A DNA stretch of 64,000 bases from Octopus sinensis (lineage: Eukaryota), in contig NC_043006.1 in NCBI RefSeq assembly GCF_006345805.1, positions 6,758,001-6,822,000 of the forward strand, in the 5' to 3' direction. The notes under the pieces are model-generated. The model was not told the origin of the DNA. It saw only the letters and a list, made by a program, of their open reading frames with translations, and searched no databases. The number at the start of each line of letters is the position of its first letter. Position 1 is the stretch's first letter. The translations under genes and the position numbers were made by a program. This document shows, piece by piece, positions 37,643 to 50,905 of the stretch.

Positions 37643-37711
37643 TTCAGCACACGATCTCAGATCAAATTACTTGCTATGCGAGTACATCTCCGTATATATA
37701 TATATATATTT

Positions 37712-37751
<40 letters not shown>

Positions 37752-37794
37752 ATATATATATATATATATTTGTATATATATATATAGTCTCCTG

Positions 37795-38010
37795 TTCTTT
37801 TACTCTTTTGTTTCAGTCATTTCACTGTCGCCATGCTGGAGCACCGCCCTTTTGTTGAGCAAATCGACCCTAGGACTTAATCTTTGTAAGCCTAGTACTT
37901 ATCCTATCGGTCATTTTTGCCGAACCAATAAGTTAGGGGGACGTAAACACACCAGCAACGGTTGTCAAAAGATGTTGCAGGGACAAACACAGACACATAA
38001 ACATATACAT
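37795..38010 (-). mobile_element. SINE-C-related 3' half
   Basis: TTTCAGTCATTTCACTGTCGCCATGCTGGAGCACCGCC...GGGGACGTAAACACACCAGC...GGACAAACACAGACAC. Confidence 0.85.
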
Positions 38011-38017
38011 ATATATA

Positions 38018-38560
38018 TTGGGTTGGCAACTAAGTTCCCGCCGTTTCTTTAAATTTTTGATTTTATTGCCTTTTTAAACTTTGGAATCTTTTTTTTTTCG
38101 AGAATTCTATTTTTGAATCGTTTTGGAATCTATTTTGTTTTTTTTTTTTTTTCAAGTTAATTTTATTTATTTTTCGTTTATTTTCAGATTATTAAAATGG
38201 TTATGTCAAGTTAAGAAAAACGAGCATTTTCAACACCTCCTTCTTTTTGCTTTTAATCAAGGTTCAAAAGCCGCAAAAGCTCCTCGCGACATTTCTGCTG
38301 TGTATGGAGAGGGTGCCATTGCTGAAAGAACCGCTCGTGATTGGAATGCCAAGTTCAAAAATGGAAATTTTGACCTCAAAGACGCACCTCGTTCCGGACG
38401 TCCACTTAAGTTCGATGAAGAGCGATTAAACCAACTTTTTCAGGGAAATCTTCATCAAACGACAAGGAAAGTAGCAGAGAAAATGGGATGCTCCTGCACT
38501 GCTATAGAGAAGCATCTTCACTCGATGGGAAAGTTTCAGAAGTATGGAGCATGAGTTCAC
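38018..38560 (+). mobile_element. Mariner 5' fragment (TIR + transposase N-terminus)
   Basis: TA|TTGGGTTGGCAACTAAGTT terminus; CQVKKNEHFQHLLLFAFNQG..VYGEGAIAERTARDW..KFKNGNFDLKDAPRSGRP...HLHSMGKFQKYGA*V (WVPH motif broken by a stop). Confidence 0.88.
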
Positions 38561-38732
38561 AACACATAAAATAGAGGCTTCGACCTCTTGAACTTTTACG
38601 ATGTACATTAAAACCTCTCTAGGTTCGTGTAAGCGCTCGCATAATCCCACTAAGTGACAAAACTCTTCATCATGAAAAGCTCTGACCAATATACATAACA
38701 CATGAAATATGTATACAAGTTCCGTCACTTAT

Positions 38733-38780
<48 letters not shown>

Positions 38781-39053
38781 GAAATAAGGTAATCAGAAGA
38801 TCGGATGGTTTATATTTACAGATATTTATTTATATATTACATTTGTTACATATATATCATATCACTTAGATCATTAGCGCTTTCTCCCATTCTAGTGGGG
38901 TTTTCAATATATATATATATATATATATAATATATATATATATATACAAAGTTAATCCAAACATGAAAACACAAAGAGAAAACACAACAACGCGAGGACG
39001 TGGAACAAGTATAGTATTATTGGACGCTCAGGGAAAGGAAAGAAAGAAGGAGG

Positions 39054-39090
39054 ATTTTAACGTTTCGAGCGGAGCTCTTCGTCAGAAACA
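39054..39090 (-). ncRNA. Minimal type I hammerhead motif, canonical CUGACGA core
   Basis: TTT-CTGACGA-A-GAGC-TCC-GCTC-GAAAC-GTT-AAA; same repeat family as 13545-13800. Confidence 0.72.
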
Positions 39091-39724
39091 TAGGAAAATG
39101 AAAGATCCAAGGAAGGGAAGACGGAGGGAAAAAATCATATATATATATATATATATATATATACGCGTGTGAGTGTGTTCACGATAAAATTACTAAAACT
39201 GCTTTTACATTATTAGTATAATGTTCACCGTTACGTTGTTCTAGATAACTATAATATATATTTATGACTCTACAGTTTATACATAAATATTACATTGTTG
39301 TATTCCTTCAGATCTTTGTACAGTAAATATATCTTTCTCTAGACAGTTTATTTCTAAATAACAATCGGCTGGTCGAAAAACATGTTTTCTGTAACGCACC
39401 AAAAGATTGATTTGTGGAATTGGTTATAAACATATGAAAGCTGAAAGCACAGGCAGTTTATCCATTTCTATTAATCATGCACCAGATTAGTTACTAAGTC
39501 TATAAACACAACATATTTCATAGGAATTTGTCTTTAATTCAATTTTAATAATCTAACAAAATAGCAAAACATAACATTTAAGTAAATGGAATATTGCTAA
39601 TGGCACCATGGTACCATGCAATATAATTTAAACATAACAGTGGGTAGGTATGTGCAGATATATGTAAGTATGGAGTATAGAGTAACCCACCAGATTAACG
39701 CAATTTTTTTACTCATTACTGAAC

Positions 39725-40122
39725 GTGGTAAGTAGCTTGCTAACCAACCACATGGTTCCGGGTTCAGTCCCACTGCGTGGCATCTTGGGCAAGTGTCTTC
39801 TGCTATAGCCCCGGGCCGACCAATGCCTTGTGAGTGGATTTGGTAGACGGAAACTGAAAGAAGCCTGTCGTATATATGTATATGTATATATATATGTATG
39901 TGTGTGTTTGTGTGTCTGTGTTTGTCCCCCTAGCATTGCTTGACAACCGAAGCTGGTGTGTTTACGTCCCCGTCACTTAGCGGTTCGGCAAAAGAGACCG
40001 ATAGAATAAGTACTGGGCTTACAAAGAATAAGTCCCGGGGTCGATTTGCTCGACTAAAGGCGGTGCTCCAGCATGGCCGCAGTCAAATGACTGAAACAAG
40101 TAAAAGAGTAAAAAGAGTAAAG
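39725..40122 (+). mobile_element. SINE family C (first ~20 nt missing)
   Basis: Near-identical to the 27230 and 58459 copies; GAGTAAAA tail. Confidence 0.93.
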
Positions 40123-40178
40123 TGTATAAACACAATAAGGAAAATATGTATTCAAGTATGTATGTATGCAAGTATGTT

Positions 40179-40233
<55 letters not shown>

Positions 40234-40308
40234 CAACATTAATTAATTGATAATTAATAATTTTACCAAGTAGTTCGGCGTGTTAAAAGAACCATTATCG
40301 GTAAACTT

Positions 40309-40557
40309 AAACAAAAAATTTTATAATTATGAGTATAATTATAATTAGGGTTCATCAAAAAAATTTGCTTCACCACATACCGAAACTTAGAAATAGCAGC
40401 CAAAACTAGCTATTTCTCTACCATGTCTGGGAGATTTTCTTATGGTAGAGAAATAACTAGTTTTGGCTGCTATTTCTAAATTTCGTTATGTGGTGAAGCA
40501 ATTTTTTTTATGAACCCTATTCGTAATTATACTCATAATTATAAAAAATTTTGTTTA
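40309..40557. repeat. Inverted repeat with ~115-bp arms and a 17-nt loop
   Basis: AAACAAAAAATTTTATAATTATGAG...ATTTCTCTACCAT / ATGGTAGAGAAAT...CTCATAATTATAAAAAATTTTGTTT with a few mismatches. Confidence 0.92.
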
Positions 40558-40819
40558 TATATATATAAGTTAAAAACATAATTAATTGCACAAACAGTCG
40601 ATAAACCGAAGTCACAGATGCTCGCCAAAAGAGGAGCGAATGAAGGTCTAGAGAGGGAAAAGATCCAAGAAAAGTAAGTGTGTAGTTACATGGGTGAAGT
40701 GACCGGAAGTGTTGTATACATGTGGGGAAAGGAGGTTTATTTTCACATCGGGAAGAGTATAAGGAAAAGTGGCTATAAAATCACAAAATTTGTCCAGTAA
40801 TACTATTCGCAATGGGAAA

Positions 40820-41000
40820 CACTATTTTGACATCTATTGATCAATTCTTGGAGTTTGATAACTTAATAACATAATCCTCAACACCCAATTTACAATGGAA
40901 TACAGCTAAAAAAACCAGCTTCCCTGCTTTAGGATATCTTTATAATCTCACAAGACTCACAATCATTGAAACCGATATCTACTTTCAAACATACATAAAT
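40820..41000 (+). mobile_element. Decayed Penelope-type RT remnant
   Basis: Frames give TQFTMEYS*KNQLP and IIETDIYF, matching the PLE pattern IQFTME...LPFLD...ETDIY.KP. Confidence 0.5.
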
Positions 41001-41027
41001 GTGTCCCACGCATACGTACACACACAA

Positions 41028-41133
<106 letters not shown>

Positions 41134-41211
41134 TAAGGGTAGAAATCAATATTTATAAATTAAAACCAGTGGTCTAGCATATTAAAAAAAGAATCCGAAG
41201 ATTAAAATATT

Positions 41212-41353
41212 TATATATACCAATTAAGGACTGAACACGAAAAGTGGACAGTCAACATGCTAGATATAGACGTCAAATCTTTTGTGGAGAATGGCGATTT
41301 GACGTCTATATCTAGCATGTTGACTGTCCACTTTTCGTGTTCAGTCCTTAATT

Positions 41354-41363
<10 letters not shown>
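41212..41363. repeat. Perfect hairpin, 68-bp arms, 16-nt loop
   Basis: 41212-41279 is the exact reverse complement of 41296-41363. A related non-palindromic sequence occurs at 51125-51300. Confidence 0.96.
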
Positions 41364-41405
<42 letters not shown>

Positions 41406-42575
41406 CACAAGCAAAATATAAATGTGTGCAGGTATATTTATACGTATGCTGATGTATACTTGTGTAATTGTATATATATGAGTATATAGATATAGATGTA
41501 TAAGTATAAATATGCGTGTGTGCATGGCTGTGTATGTATGTATTATCAGCTAAAAACAAATAGTGAATGCACAAACAACAGAGCAACATACACGGATGGT
41601 CGCTAACTCTTCATCCGTTATCGGTCAGAGGGTCAACCGCATTTTGGTCCCTAACCGATAATATGGCACCCTTTACCGGTGGTGCCCTATAAGCAAACGC
41701 CGCCGGAAATTGGCTACCCAAACCAAGATACAGGAGAGAAAATGAACAGACATGAATGCGAAAGTTAAGAAACAAATGGGGAATAGATGTAAACAAAAAG
41801 GGAGACAGTTAGCGGACGTTAGGGTTAGAGAGATGAAAACAAGCAGACCTTTGGACATATGAATGAACTGCTATAAACAAACGAACAAAATAAGGCCTTA
41901 GGACCAAACAGAACACGAAAATAATCCATATTTTCGTTCGACCTCTCTCCTTCCTTTCTCTTACTCTCTCACTTTTAACACACACTTTCTCTGTCTATCT
42001 GTCTGTCTGTCCTCTCTTTCTCACTCTCACTCTCTCTCTTTCTCTCCTTCTCCCCTTCCTTCTATGCTGCTATCTGTCACGTTCTTTTTCTTCTCTTTCT
42101 CTCCTCCTCTTTCTCCCCTTCCTTTTACACTGTGATCTGTTAGCTCTTTTGACTTCCTTCTCTGCTCTCTCTCCGAGTCTTCTCCCTACTACCAGTCTTT
42201 CGATTTTGAGTTATAAAACTGTAGTTTAGCTTGATTTTTTTTCCATCGTTATAATGTAGTTCACAGATCAAATGTTCTCAGCGTATCAGGCATTTGAACA
42301 GCGCCTGGAATCAGGTAAGTCCAAGTAATGATTTTGTACGCAGAGATAAGGAGAAAATATCAAGGGAAATATTTCCACGTAATTTCATACACTGCTTGTT
42401 TGTATTATAGATAAAAGGAGATCCAAGAATTGGCTGACTGTTAGAAACTCCGTCAAACTTTCTTACAATATGTGTTTCAGCATTTTATCATCTGAATTCT
42501 AATCACGCTAAAGACAACTTTTTGCTATTTTCTTCTAGGTCGATTTAGTCAACAAAATACCTTTTCTACACGAAA

Positions 42576-42998
42576 GGCGGCGAGCTGGCAGAAACGTTAG
42601 CACGCCGGTCGAAATGCGTAGCCGTATTTCGTCTGTCGTTACGTTCTGAGTTCAAATTCCGCCGAGGTCGACTTTACATTTCATTCTTTCGGGATCGATT
42701 AAATAAATACCAGTTGCGCACTGGGGTCGATATAATCGACTTAATCCGTTTGTCTGTCCTTGTTTGTCCCCTCTGTGTTTAGCCCCTTGTAGGTAGTAAA
42801 GAAATAGGTATTTCGTCTGCCGCTACGTTCTGAGTTCAAATTCCGCCGAGGTCGACTTTGCTTTTCATTCTTTCGGGATCGATTAAAGAAGCACCAGTTA
42901 GGCACTGGGGTCGATATAATCGACTTAATCCGTTTGTCTGTCCTTGTTTTTCCCCTCTGTGTTTAGCCCCTTGTGGGTAGTAAAGAAATAGGTATTTC
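42576..42998 (+). mobile_element. SINE family A plus tandem headless copy
   Basis: Full copy to ~42807, then a second unit starting GGTATTTCGTCTGCC and ending AAAGAAATA, then an 8-nt GGTATTTC remnant. Confidence 0.92.
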
Positions 42999-43309
42999 TC
43001 TAGTAACATTACTCGCAAAGATATCACCTCAGATAAGTGAGTAATAACTGAATCACCAAGTTAACATGACAGAATGAAGGATGGAGAAATATTGGTTAAC
43101 TATTCATAGCTATTCAAATTCAAGGACTTGAAGGAAATATTTGGTAGCTAATTTAAGGTGAGTCACTGTGTCGTTTCTAGCGAAAACTCTATTTAACGAT
43201 TACTAAGTCTCAAGTAGTACGGATTCAGGATTTCAGAGTAGTATATTTAGCACTGCAATAGAGTGAACAGATATATTATTGTAATATAACTAGTTCCATA
43301 TTATTATCG

Positions 43310-43398
43310 TCGTCGTCGTCGTCATTTTTATTGTTATTATTATTATCGTTATTGTTATTCCTATTTTTATCGTTATTGTTATTGTTACTGTTATTGTT

Positions 43399-43434
<36 letters not shown>

Positions 43435-43441
43435 ATTGTTA

Positions 43442-43491
<50 letters not shown>
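43310..43491. repeat. (TTA)n/(TTG)n microsatellite at the 3' end of the Dong element
   Basis: Direct reading. Confidence 0.95.
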
Positions 43492-43494
<3 letters not shown>

Positions 43495-44722
43495 TAGTTT
43501 TATTTTTATAGCGTGCTTTCACTTCACTACCGGGCGCAGCTCTGTGTGCCTTGGGTATGTGCTGTGATTTGTTGTGATGCTCTGATGGTTATTGTATGGA
43601 AAGTGTTCTGCGTAGGATGTGTGCAGTGCCTAGTAGTGCAATTTTCTGTATGTTATATGTGTTTGTAAGTCCTGGTGTTTTTGTTATGTATTTGTCTGAA
43701 TATTTTTTTATCATGCCTAATGCACCTACTATGATAGGAATTGTTTCCGTTTTCAGATTCCACATTCTAGTTACCTCTATTTCCAGGTCTTTGTATTTTG
43801 AGAGTTTCTCCATTTCTTTTAGAGACACGTTGTCATCTGCCGGTATTGATACATCAATTAGAAAGCATTTTTTTTCTTCATGATCTCTGACAACTATATC
43901 TGGTCTGTTGGCCTTAATTTCTCTATCTGTGTGTATCGGCATATCCCAGAGTATGGTTGCTTTCTCGTTTTCTGTGACCTTTTCTGGTGTGTGCCTATAC
44001 CATCTTTTTTCTGTTGTTATTCCATAATGTTGGCATAGCTTCCAGTGTATGTAGGTTCCAACTCTGTCATGTCTGTGAATATATTCCTTCTTAGCCAGGA
44101 CTGGGCAGCTAGAGATAATATGATTTATTGTTTCTTGTCCATCTCCACATATTCTGCATTTACTTGTAATATTCTTTTCATTACATGTTTTTGGTAATTT
44201 CTGGTGGGGAGGCTTTGGTCTTGTGCTGCAATTAAAAATCCCTCTGTTTCTGCTTTGAGTCCTGAGCTTCTCAACCATTGCTGGGATTTTTCTTTGTCTA
44301 TTTCTTTTGCGTTTAGTTTAGTGCAGTATTTACCATGAAGGGGCTTTTCTTGCCATCGTTTTATCATGGTTCGTTGCTGTTCTATTTTTAGTTTGGATTT
44401 CATTTGTTTTATAGCTTTTGTTGTTTCTTCATCATCTTCTTCTTCTTCTTTGTGTTTATTAGGTGGTATGATTTCTTGTTTGTATTTGTCAGCTTCCTTA
44501 AATACTGAGAACAGTTTTTTGTTTTGCTCGTGTTTTGCTGCTATCTGGATCAGTTTTCCTTCCTTCTGAAGTAGATATTTTTGCAGTCCTATGGTGGTTA
44601 TTTTATAGTAGTTTTCCAGCTGTATAAGGCCTCTACCACCTTCTATACGTTGTATATATAGTCTTTCTATGTCAGATTTTGGGTGATGCATCCTAGATCC
44701 TGTCAGTATTTTTCTTGTTTTA
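43492..44722 (-). mobile_element. 5'-truncated Dong/R4-clade non-LTR retrotransposon (RLE type)
   Basis: HPKSDIERLY..R.EGGRGL, WQEKPLHG, ETEGFLIAAQDQ, CCHC knuckle CRICG..QETINHIISSC, HRHDRV, and RLE motif ANRPDIVV...LIDVSIP...EKLSKYKDL. One frameshift near 44170; stop at 43589; (TAA)n on both sides. Confidence 0.93.
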
Positions 44723-44967
<245 letters not shown>

Positions 44968-45079
44968 GGCAACGTGTTAAGTATCGGAGAATATTAATTA
45001 CTTAATTTGTCAAAATCCTTTACAGAGATATTTTTATCAGTGGGAACACTTACATCCAGCGCCAATCGTTGAAAGTAAA

Positions 45080-45400
45080 GAGATCACTATCTTCTGGTAT
45101 TTTCCAGTCAACACAGACAGAATGTTCCAGATTATTCGACCAGACATAATTATTAAAGACAGGAAAGAAAATACTTGTAGACTAATAGATGTAAGTGTTC
45201 CACAAATTAATTAAATATAAGGACCTGGAAATTGAAATAAAAAAGATGTGGCATCTTAAAGTGAGAACTTCCTGTTATTATGGGTGCCTTAGGCATGATA
45301 AAAAAAGGGATGTCAGAAACATCTAGATAAGAACCAAGTCTCAGAGAAATCCAAAAGATTGTGCTGACACTTACTACCCACATACTTAGAAAAACCCTGA
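45080..45400 (+). mobile_element. Older Dong/R4 3' fragment in the opposite orientation
   Basis: IRPDIIIKDRKENTCRLIDVSVP...KYKDLEIEIKKMWHL...MGALGMIKK...IQKIVL...THILRKTL with deletions. Confidence 0.8.
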
Positions 45401-45914
45401 TCAAAAGTGGTATCATGTACATTGTTTTGTCTTGATATAAAAGATGCGCTACAGCAAATTTTATGCTCAATACCACAGATGTACTCGTCAGTACCACAGA
45501 TTTTTTTGTCAGTTGCTTGACCCTATCAAGTTGAGCATGTCCCTTAATGGCTGGTGAAATGTGCATCTCTGACCACGAGTAGAAGTAGTGGGTGAGTATC
45601 ATATCCACGTATTGAAAGAAATTCTTTGGAGTTTGAATAATTCTCCTCTGGAGGCGTGGGTGTTTTGTTCATCATCTTTTGACATGCCTTATTCGACTTG
45701 AAAAGTTCTAACTGTCCCCACCTGCAAGGTCATGCGCTGTTTATCTTGATATGAGATCACCATTTCGCACACATATGGTTGTGATGGATGTGCCTGGTGT
45801 ACCGTTATCAGAAGAGTAATCATGATGGGTATATTGGGCTTCGTATATTTGTATCCCGGTGTCACTTTGAAGGTATGCGCCGCGCTCTCACTCAATAATA
45901 TTAATGATAATGAC

Positions 45915-46015
45915 GTGGAGGAGAAGAAGAAAGAGGAGGAGGAGGAGAAGAAGAAGAAGAAGAAGAAGAAGAAGAAGAAGAAGAAGAAGAAGAAGAAGAA
46001 AAAAAATAATAAGAA
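45915..46015. repeat. (AAG)n/(GAG)n microsatellite
   Basis: Direct reading. Confidence 0.95.
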
Positions 46016-48536
46016 GAATCCTTTCGATTATAATCAGAAAGCCTAAAATTTGCTGAGTGTGGTTATTTAATAACCGCGGCTCCAGCACTTGACTGGACCC
46101 TCAAAAGCTACAAGGTTAATTACTTTCGACAGGTGTTCAAGTCGGTGTCTAAAACCTCAGAGGAAATCCAAAATTTGCTTTACGTTCCACTACTTCTGTT
46201 TTGTTACCCTAATAACAATACTCACACGTAGAAAGGTTAAAACATGTAGAAAGAATATATAAGGTTGTTAGACTGGAACATTGTAAGTGTCGGGAGAGTA
46301 TTAGTATGAAAGAGTAACAGTTGGTCGAGTTGTGTCTGTTTATTAATGCAGGTTCTGACAATAATATTCAACAAACAATTTTACAAATGTATGCAATTGC
46401 AGAGGTCGAAATTACATTACTTAGACTATTGATGAAAGACTAGAACATCAAATACTACCCGCTCTCCTTATGATCTAGTAACTTTTAGCAGACGGTATAT
46501 ACGTAAATCACGAGAGAAAGTAACAAAAGAAGATCCTGTGATCTACAAATTCTGGTCACACTTCTACGGAAAAGTAATAGAAATATTCCTTACCTCAGTG
46601 ACAGAAATTCATAATGAAAGCATTTCAGTGTCCCTAGTGGTAGCATCACTCCATTATTTGCAGCGACAGAAGCGAAGATATATCAGAAAAGAGTAACAAA
46701 CATTCGTAGAAGGACGGAAGAGGGAAAAAAGGCAAAAGGAAAGAAGAGGAAACAATGTGAACTGAAAACAGTGTGACGACCGAAAAGCAGTAATCGATGA
46801 TAGATTTAAGAGACCGTCCACAGCTCTTTTATCGCTAAACCATACGGCAACAGCAGCCCAGAAACACTGTACCAACAGGATCAGTAAACACTCCAAGCAA
46901 AAACAAAACTACAGCAAAACAATAGCATCAGTAACCGGATCTAAGATAAATTAAGAGACAGTAGAATGAATTGTTATTAAAAAGAACAATTATAATCTAT
47001 TATTACCAGAAATAACTATGCCCAAAGGGAGCGGGCTTATCTTATTTCATTCAAGCTTGTATTAAAATTTACCATCTGAAGTGGCAGGTATTTGGAGTGG
47101 CATTAAAGTCATACTGAACTTTAATGATGGCGGAAAATTAAAACTCATAAACACATCGGCTGAAATAATCATCATGCTGTTCTTGGCGATCCCCTCGGAT
47201 GCAGCAATCGCGTAACTAAAGAAAATGCCAAAGGAAAATGGTCGGGTATAAGTATGAAACTAACAATACAAATAAAACATCGAAGGCATATATGAATTAA
47301 TCTAAATCCAGATGACACACATGTGTCTATGATAATGAAGGAAAAGACCAAGATGCCACGTATGTGGAGGTGTTATCCACTTATTGCATTGCTTCTCCCT
47401 ACGACCCGCGAAAGAAACATGACACGAACGTCACGAAAATGTTTTTGTCAACGTCACAGATTCGCCGTCCACAACTCTTTTATCACTGAAACATATATCC
47501 ACAGAAGCCCAGAGGCACTGTAACGAAAAGAACAGTAAACGCCCCAAACAAAACACCACAACAAAAGCAATAGTATAAATAACCGGATCTAAGCTAAAAC
47601 AACTTCACGACACCAGTGGCATCAATATAATCCCCAAACACATGGCTGTAGAGTGAATCGACAAAAATTTTTAATAGTATTTATGTATTAGCATCCAAAC
47701 ATAACACACCATGACGATATGATGTCACGATATAAGATACCAACTTATATTGAAATTCCAAAAGCCGGTCAAGAAACATACAACATATTGTGGATAAAAC
47801 CACCCCCAAAGTAGTATGAGATTATTGATGTCTACAAATAAAAAACAAATTCTAAAGAAATACTTGAGGAAAGAGCAACAAATAGCCGGAAGGACGCAAC
47901 ACATGTTCCTACAATAGAGTTAAGATATTTCTCTTTCCTTTTCCCTTTCTTGTCGAAAATAACAATATTCAGAACCGGAAGCGTATATGCGCGTGACGTA
48001 GGATCACCTAAAACAGACCCACTTGTTACGAGTTGTGCGCATCCCCCAAGTTTACCGTGAGTGGGTGGCTGCTATAACATTTCGGAAAAAGCTGGACCTT
48101 GGGACACGAACCATCTTTCCAGTCGTTGGTGCTAGATATTGCCATCAGCGTAGGCTTTCAAGTATCTTAGTATACCCTGACTAGATCGGGACGGCTAGCT
48201 TTCTTCAAGCATCTGATGGCCTGCCTAGAAACGTCTGGTTCGTTAGTACCAGTGGATAACTGAAACGGTTTCGTGGATGTACACAGGGATTTATAGGCTA
48301 GCAGATAGAGAAAGTGTGTGCAGCAGACTTCAAAACCTGCTCAAACATATCCAACTACAGGGTGCCGATAGGTTTTTCAGACCCACCAGTTTGGAAGTGG
48401 ACAAAATAAACCAGGTCATCCATATTGTATCTACAAAAAGTGTTCTGTAGGCCAGTATATACGAATACCTTAGAGTGTCCAGATTTTAAATTCGTAGACT
48501 ACACAGGCAGAGAAATTCATACATAGATTTGCATGT

Positions 48537-48606
<70 letters not shown>

Positions 48607-48999
48607 ATATGGCAGTGAGTATAATACTACTGTTGGATATCACTGGGTGAAATCTAAATGTGGATAAGCTTTATACTGTACTCTTTCTCCCCTATGTCTG
48701 TCTGTCTGTCTGTCTGTCTGCCTGCCTGTCTCTCTTTCTCTCTGTGTCTCTCTCTCTCATATATAATAATTAGAAGCGTAAACTTATGAATGTTCGCTGC
48801 ATATTGGCTATATGTACACATATACGACCCACTACACAACTATTTATATTCCCCAATGTTAGAATATTTTCTATAGGCGAACGTTATAAGCTGATGCCTA
48901 TAATTATTATTTACAGAATATATATTTTTATATACTCTAAAGTATGTCCAGTAATTTTTGAAGTGAGAGGTGCCTTAAATATTTAGAATAGTATTCTGT

Positions 49000-49388
49000 G
49001 GATGGAAGCACTCCGTCGGTTACGACGACGAGGGTTCCGGTTGATCCGAATCAACAGAACAGCCTGCTCGTGAAATTAACGTGTAAGTGGCTGAGCACTC
49101 CACAGACACGTGTACCCTTAACGTAGTTCTCGGGGATATTCAGCGTGACACAGAGAGTGACAAGGCCGGCCCTTTGAAATACAGGTACAACAGAAACAGG
49201 AAGTAAGAGTGAGAGAAAGTTGTGGTGAAAGAGTACAGCAGGGATCACCACCATCCTCTGCCGCAGCCTCGTGGAGCTTTTAGGTGTTTTCGCTCAATAA
49301 ACACTCACAACGCCTGGTCTGGGAATCGAAACTGCGATCCTATGACCGCGAGTCCGCTGCCCTAACCACTGGGCCATTGCGCATCCAC
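49000..49388 (-). mobile_element. SINE family B with 12-bp TSD
   Basis: ATAGTATTCTGT at 48988-48999 and 49390-49401. Confidence 0.95.
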
Positions 49389-50299
49389 CATAGTATTCTG
49401 TAGGTAGAGTATGAACATAGCGTGAATAATCGAGTTGCCATCTTCAGTAAAAATCACAAACAACGGGACGGGATTTGGGATTTGAAAATGTCGTAAAGAG
49501 CATTAATAAACGCTTTTAAATATTTCCTCCGCACGCACAACAATCCTTTACTTAATTTTTGGAACATGGAACATATAATCATTTGATGTCATATTCTCCA
49601 CGTAATGCATGTCATTTTCAGAAGATTTCTAGCGTTTCGGTCCACAGCTTAAATTAGTTCTGATAAAATACTAAAGAAACAAACGCAGTAATTAGCACTG
49701 CAAGCTTGTTAATGATATAGTTGCTAGCTTCAGAGGAGTTTTAATTCGGTGCTTGGATTATCGACCATATATTTTCCACACTCAGAGATCTTTTTGGTTT
49801 TTGTATTCGAATCAACATCGATGCTTCTGTAAAAAGTAGAAGTGAAATCCCTGTTGAAAGGCGCTCTGAAGAACATAAGCGATCTGATGTTCTATTGCCG
49901 TTCTTTTTTTTTTTTTTGCATAATTCCTCCTCAATGCATATTCAAGGTATTTGCTAAGCTGCTGCAAATTACCAAGGTTCTTGACAAAATGGAGATTATT
50001 CGTAGATTGGTATTTATATCATGCATGAAGCAAGAATGGTGAATAATGCATATGTTTCGTACTGTACAGAAGTCTTGTGTGTGTACATATACATATAAAG
50101 TGGCATGTAGCAAACAATTAAAATACAAGGAAGAATTCAACCTGGGATTTCATATATGTGTCTGTTTGAGTGTGTGTGATATATATCACAATATCTCTGT
50201 ATCTATCAAGCCATCAGATATTATACACCGCTGGACACAATGCGCTTCCAATTGCATCTTGTTTGCATCATTCTTTTCCATCTTGACGCAAATTGCTTG

Positions 50300-50755
50300 A
50301 CCAAATCGCCTTCTTCTCCTCATGGGGGCCTCAAAAGTGGCCCCTTCCGATCACTTGGATACTACGCGTTGACTACACGGATCCCACTGTTTTCTATGAA
50401 CCTTGCAAACATGCGCGACCCAGCGGAACTTTTCTTTCGGAACTTGTTCTGACTCTGCGATCACATCGTTCACTCTGTTCAGATCTCGAACTCTCTCATT
50501 TCGAATTCGTTCTCTTAATCATATTTCTAGCATGGCTCTTTCTATTGCTCTTCGTGTCGAAGGCAATTGATGTTCTCTTCTCTTTCTGAAGCCCACGTCT
50601 CAATTCCGTATAAGAGCGCTGGTAAGACGGTGCTACTGAAGTATCTAGCATCTATGGCTTCGCCTAGCTTTGTTTGGACTACAAGTCTTAATGAGTTAAA
50701 TACCTTCCATCCTGCCTCAGTTCTGTTTGAGATTTCAGCACTTATATCTCAATGG
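50300..50755 (-). mobile_element. Decayed RTE-clade RT C-terminal fragment
   Basis: EISNRTEAGWKVFNSLR...STVLPALLYGIETWA...RRAIERAMLEI*LRERIRNE matches the RTE pattern EI.RR..AGW.AF...LPA.LYGSETW...ERAMERAMLG. Confidence 0.8.
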
Positions 50756-50905
50756 AGGCGCGTGGCTTAGTGGTTAGGTTGCTGGACTCACGATCGTAAG
50801 GTTGTGGTTTCGATTCCTCGACCGTGCGACGTGTTGTATTCTTCACGAACACTTTATATCACGTTGCTCTAGTACACTCAGCTGACAAAAATGAGTAATT
50901 CTGCG
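50752..50905 (+). mobile_element. Diverged tRNA-headed SINE with a family-B-like head and different body
   Basis: GGAGGCGCGTGGCTTAGTGGTTAGG...GGTTTCGATTCC...CACGTTGCTCTAGTACACTCAGCTG...AATGAGTA. Confidence 0.7.

Noticed and set aside
46760-47600. Diverged direct repeats ~670 bp apart
   Set aside because: Old and low in identity, with no coding or structural signal identified.
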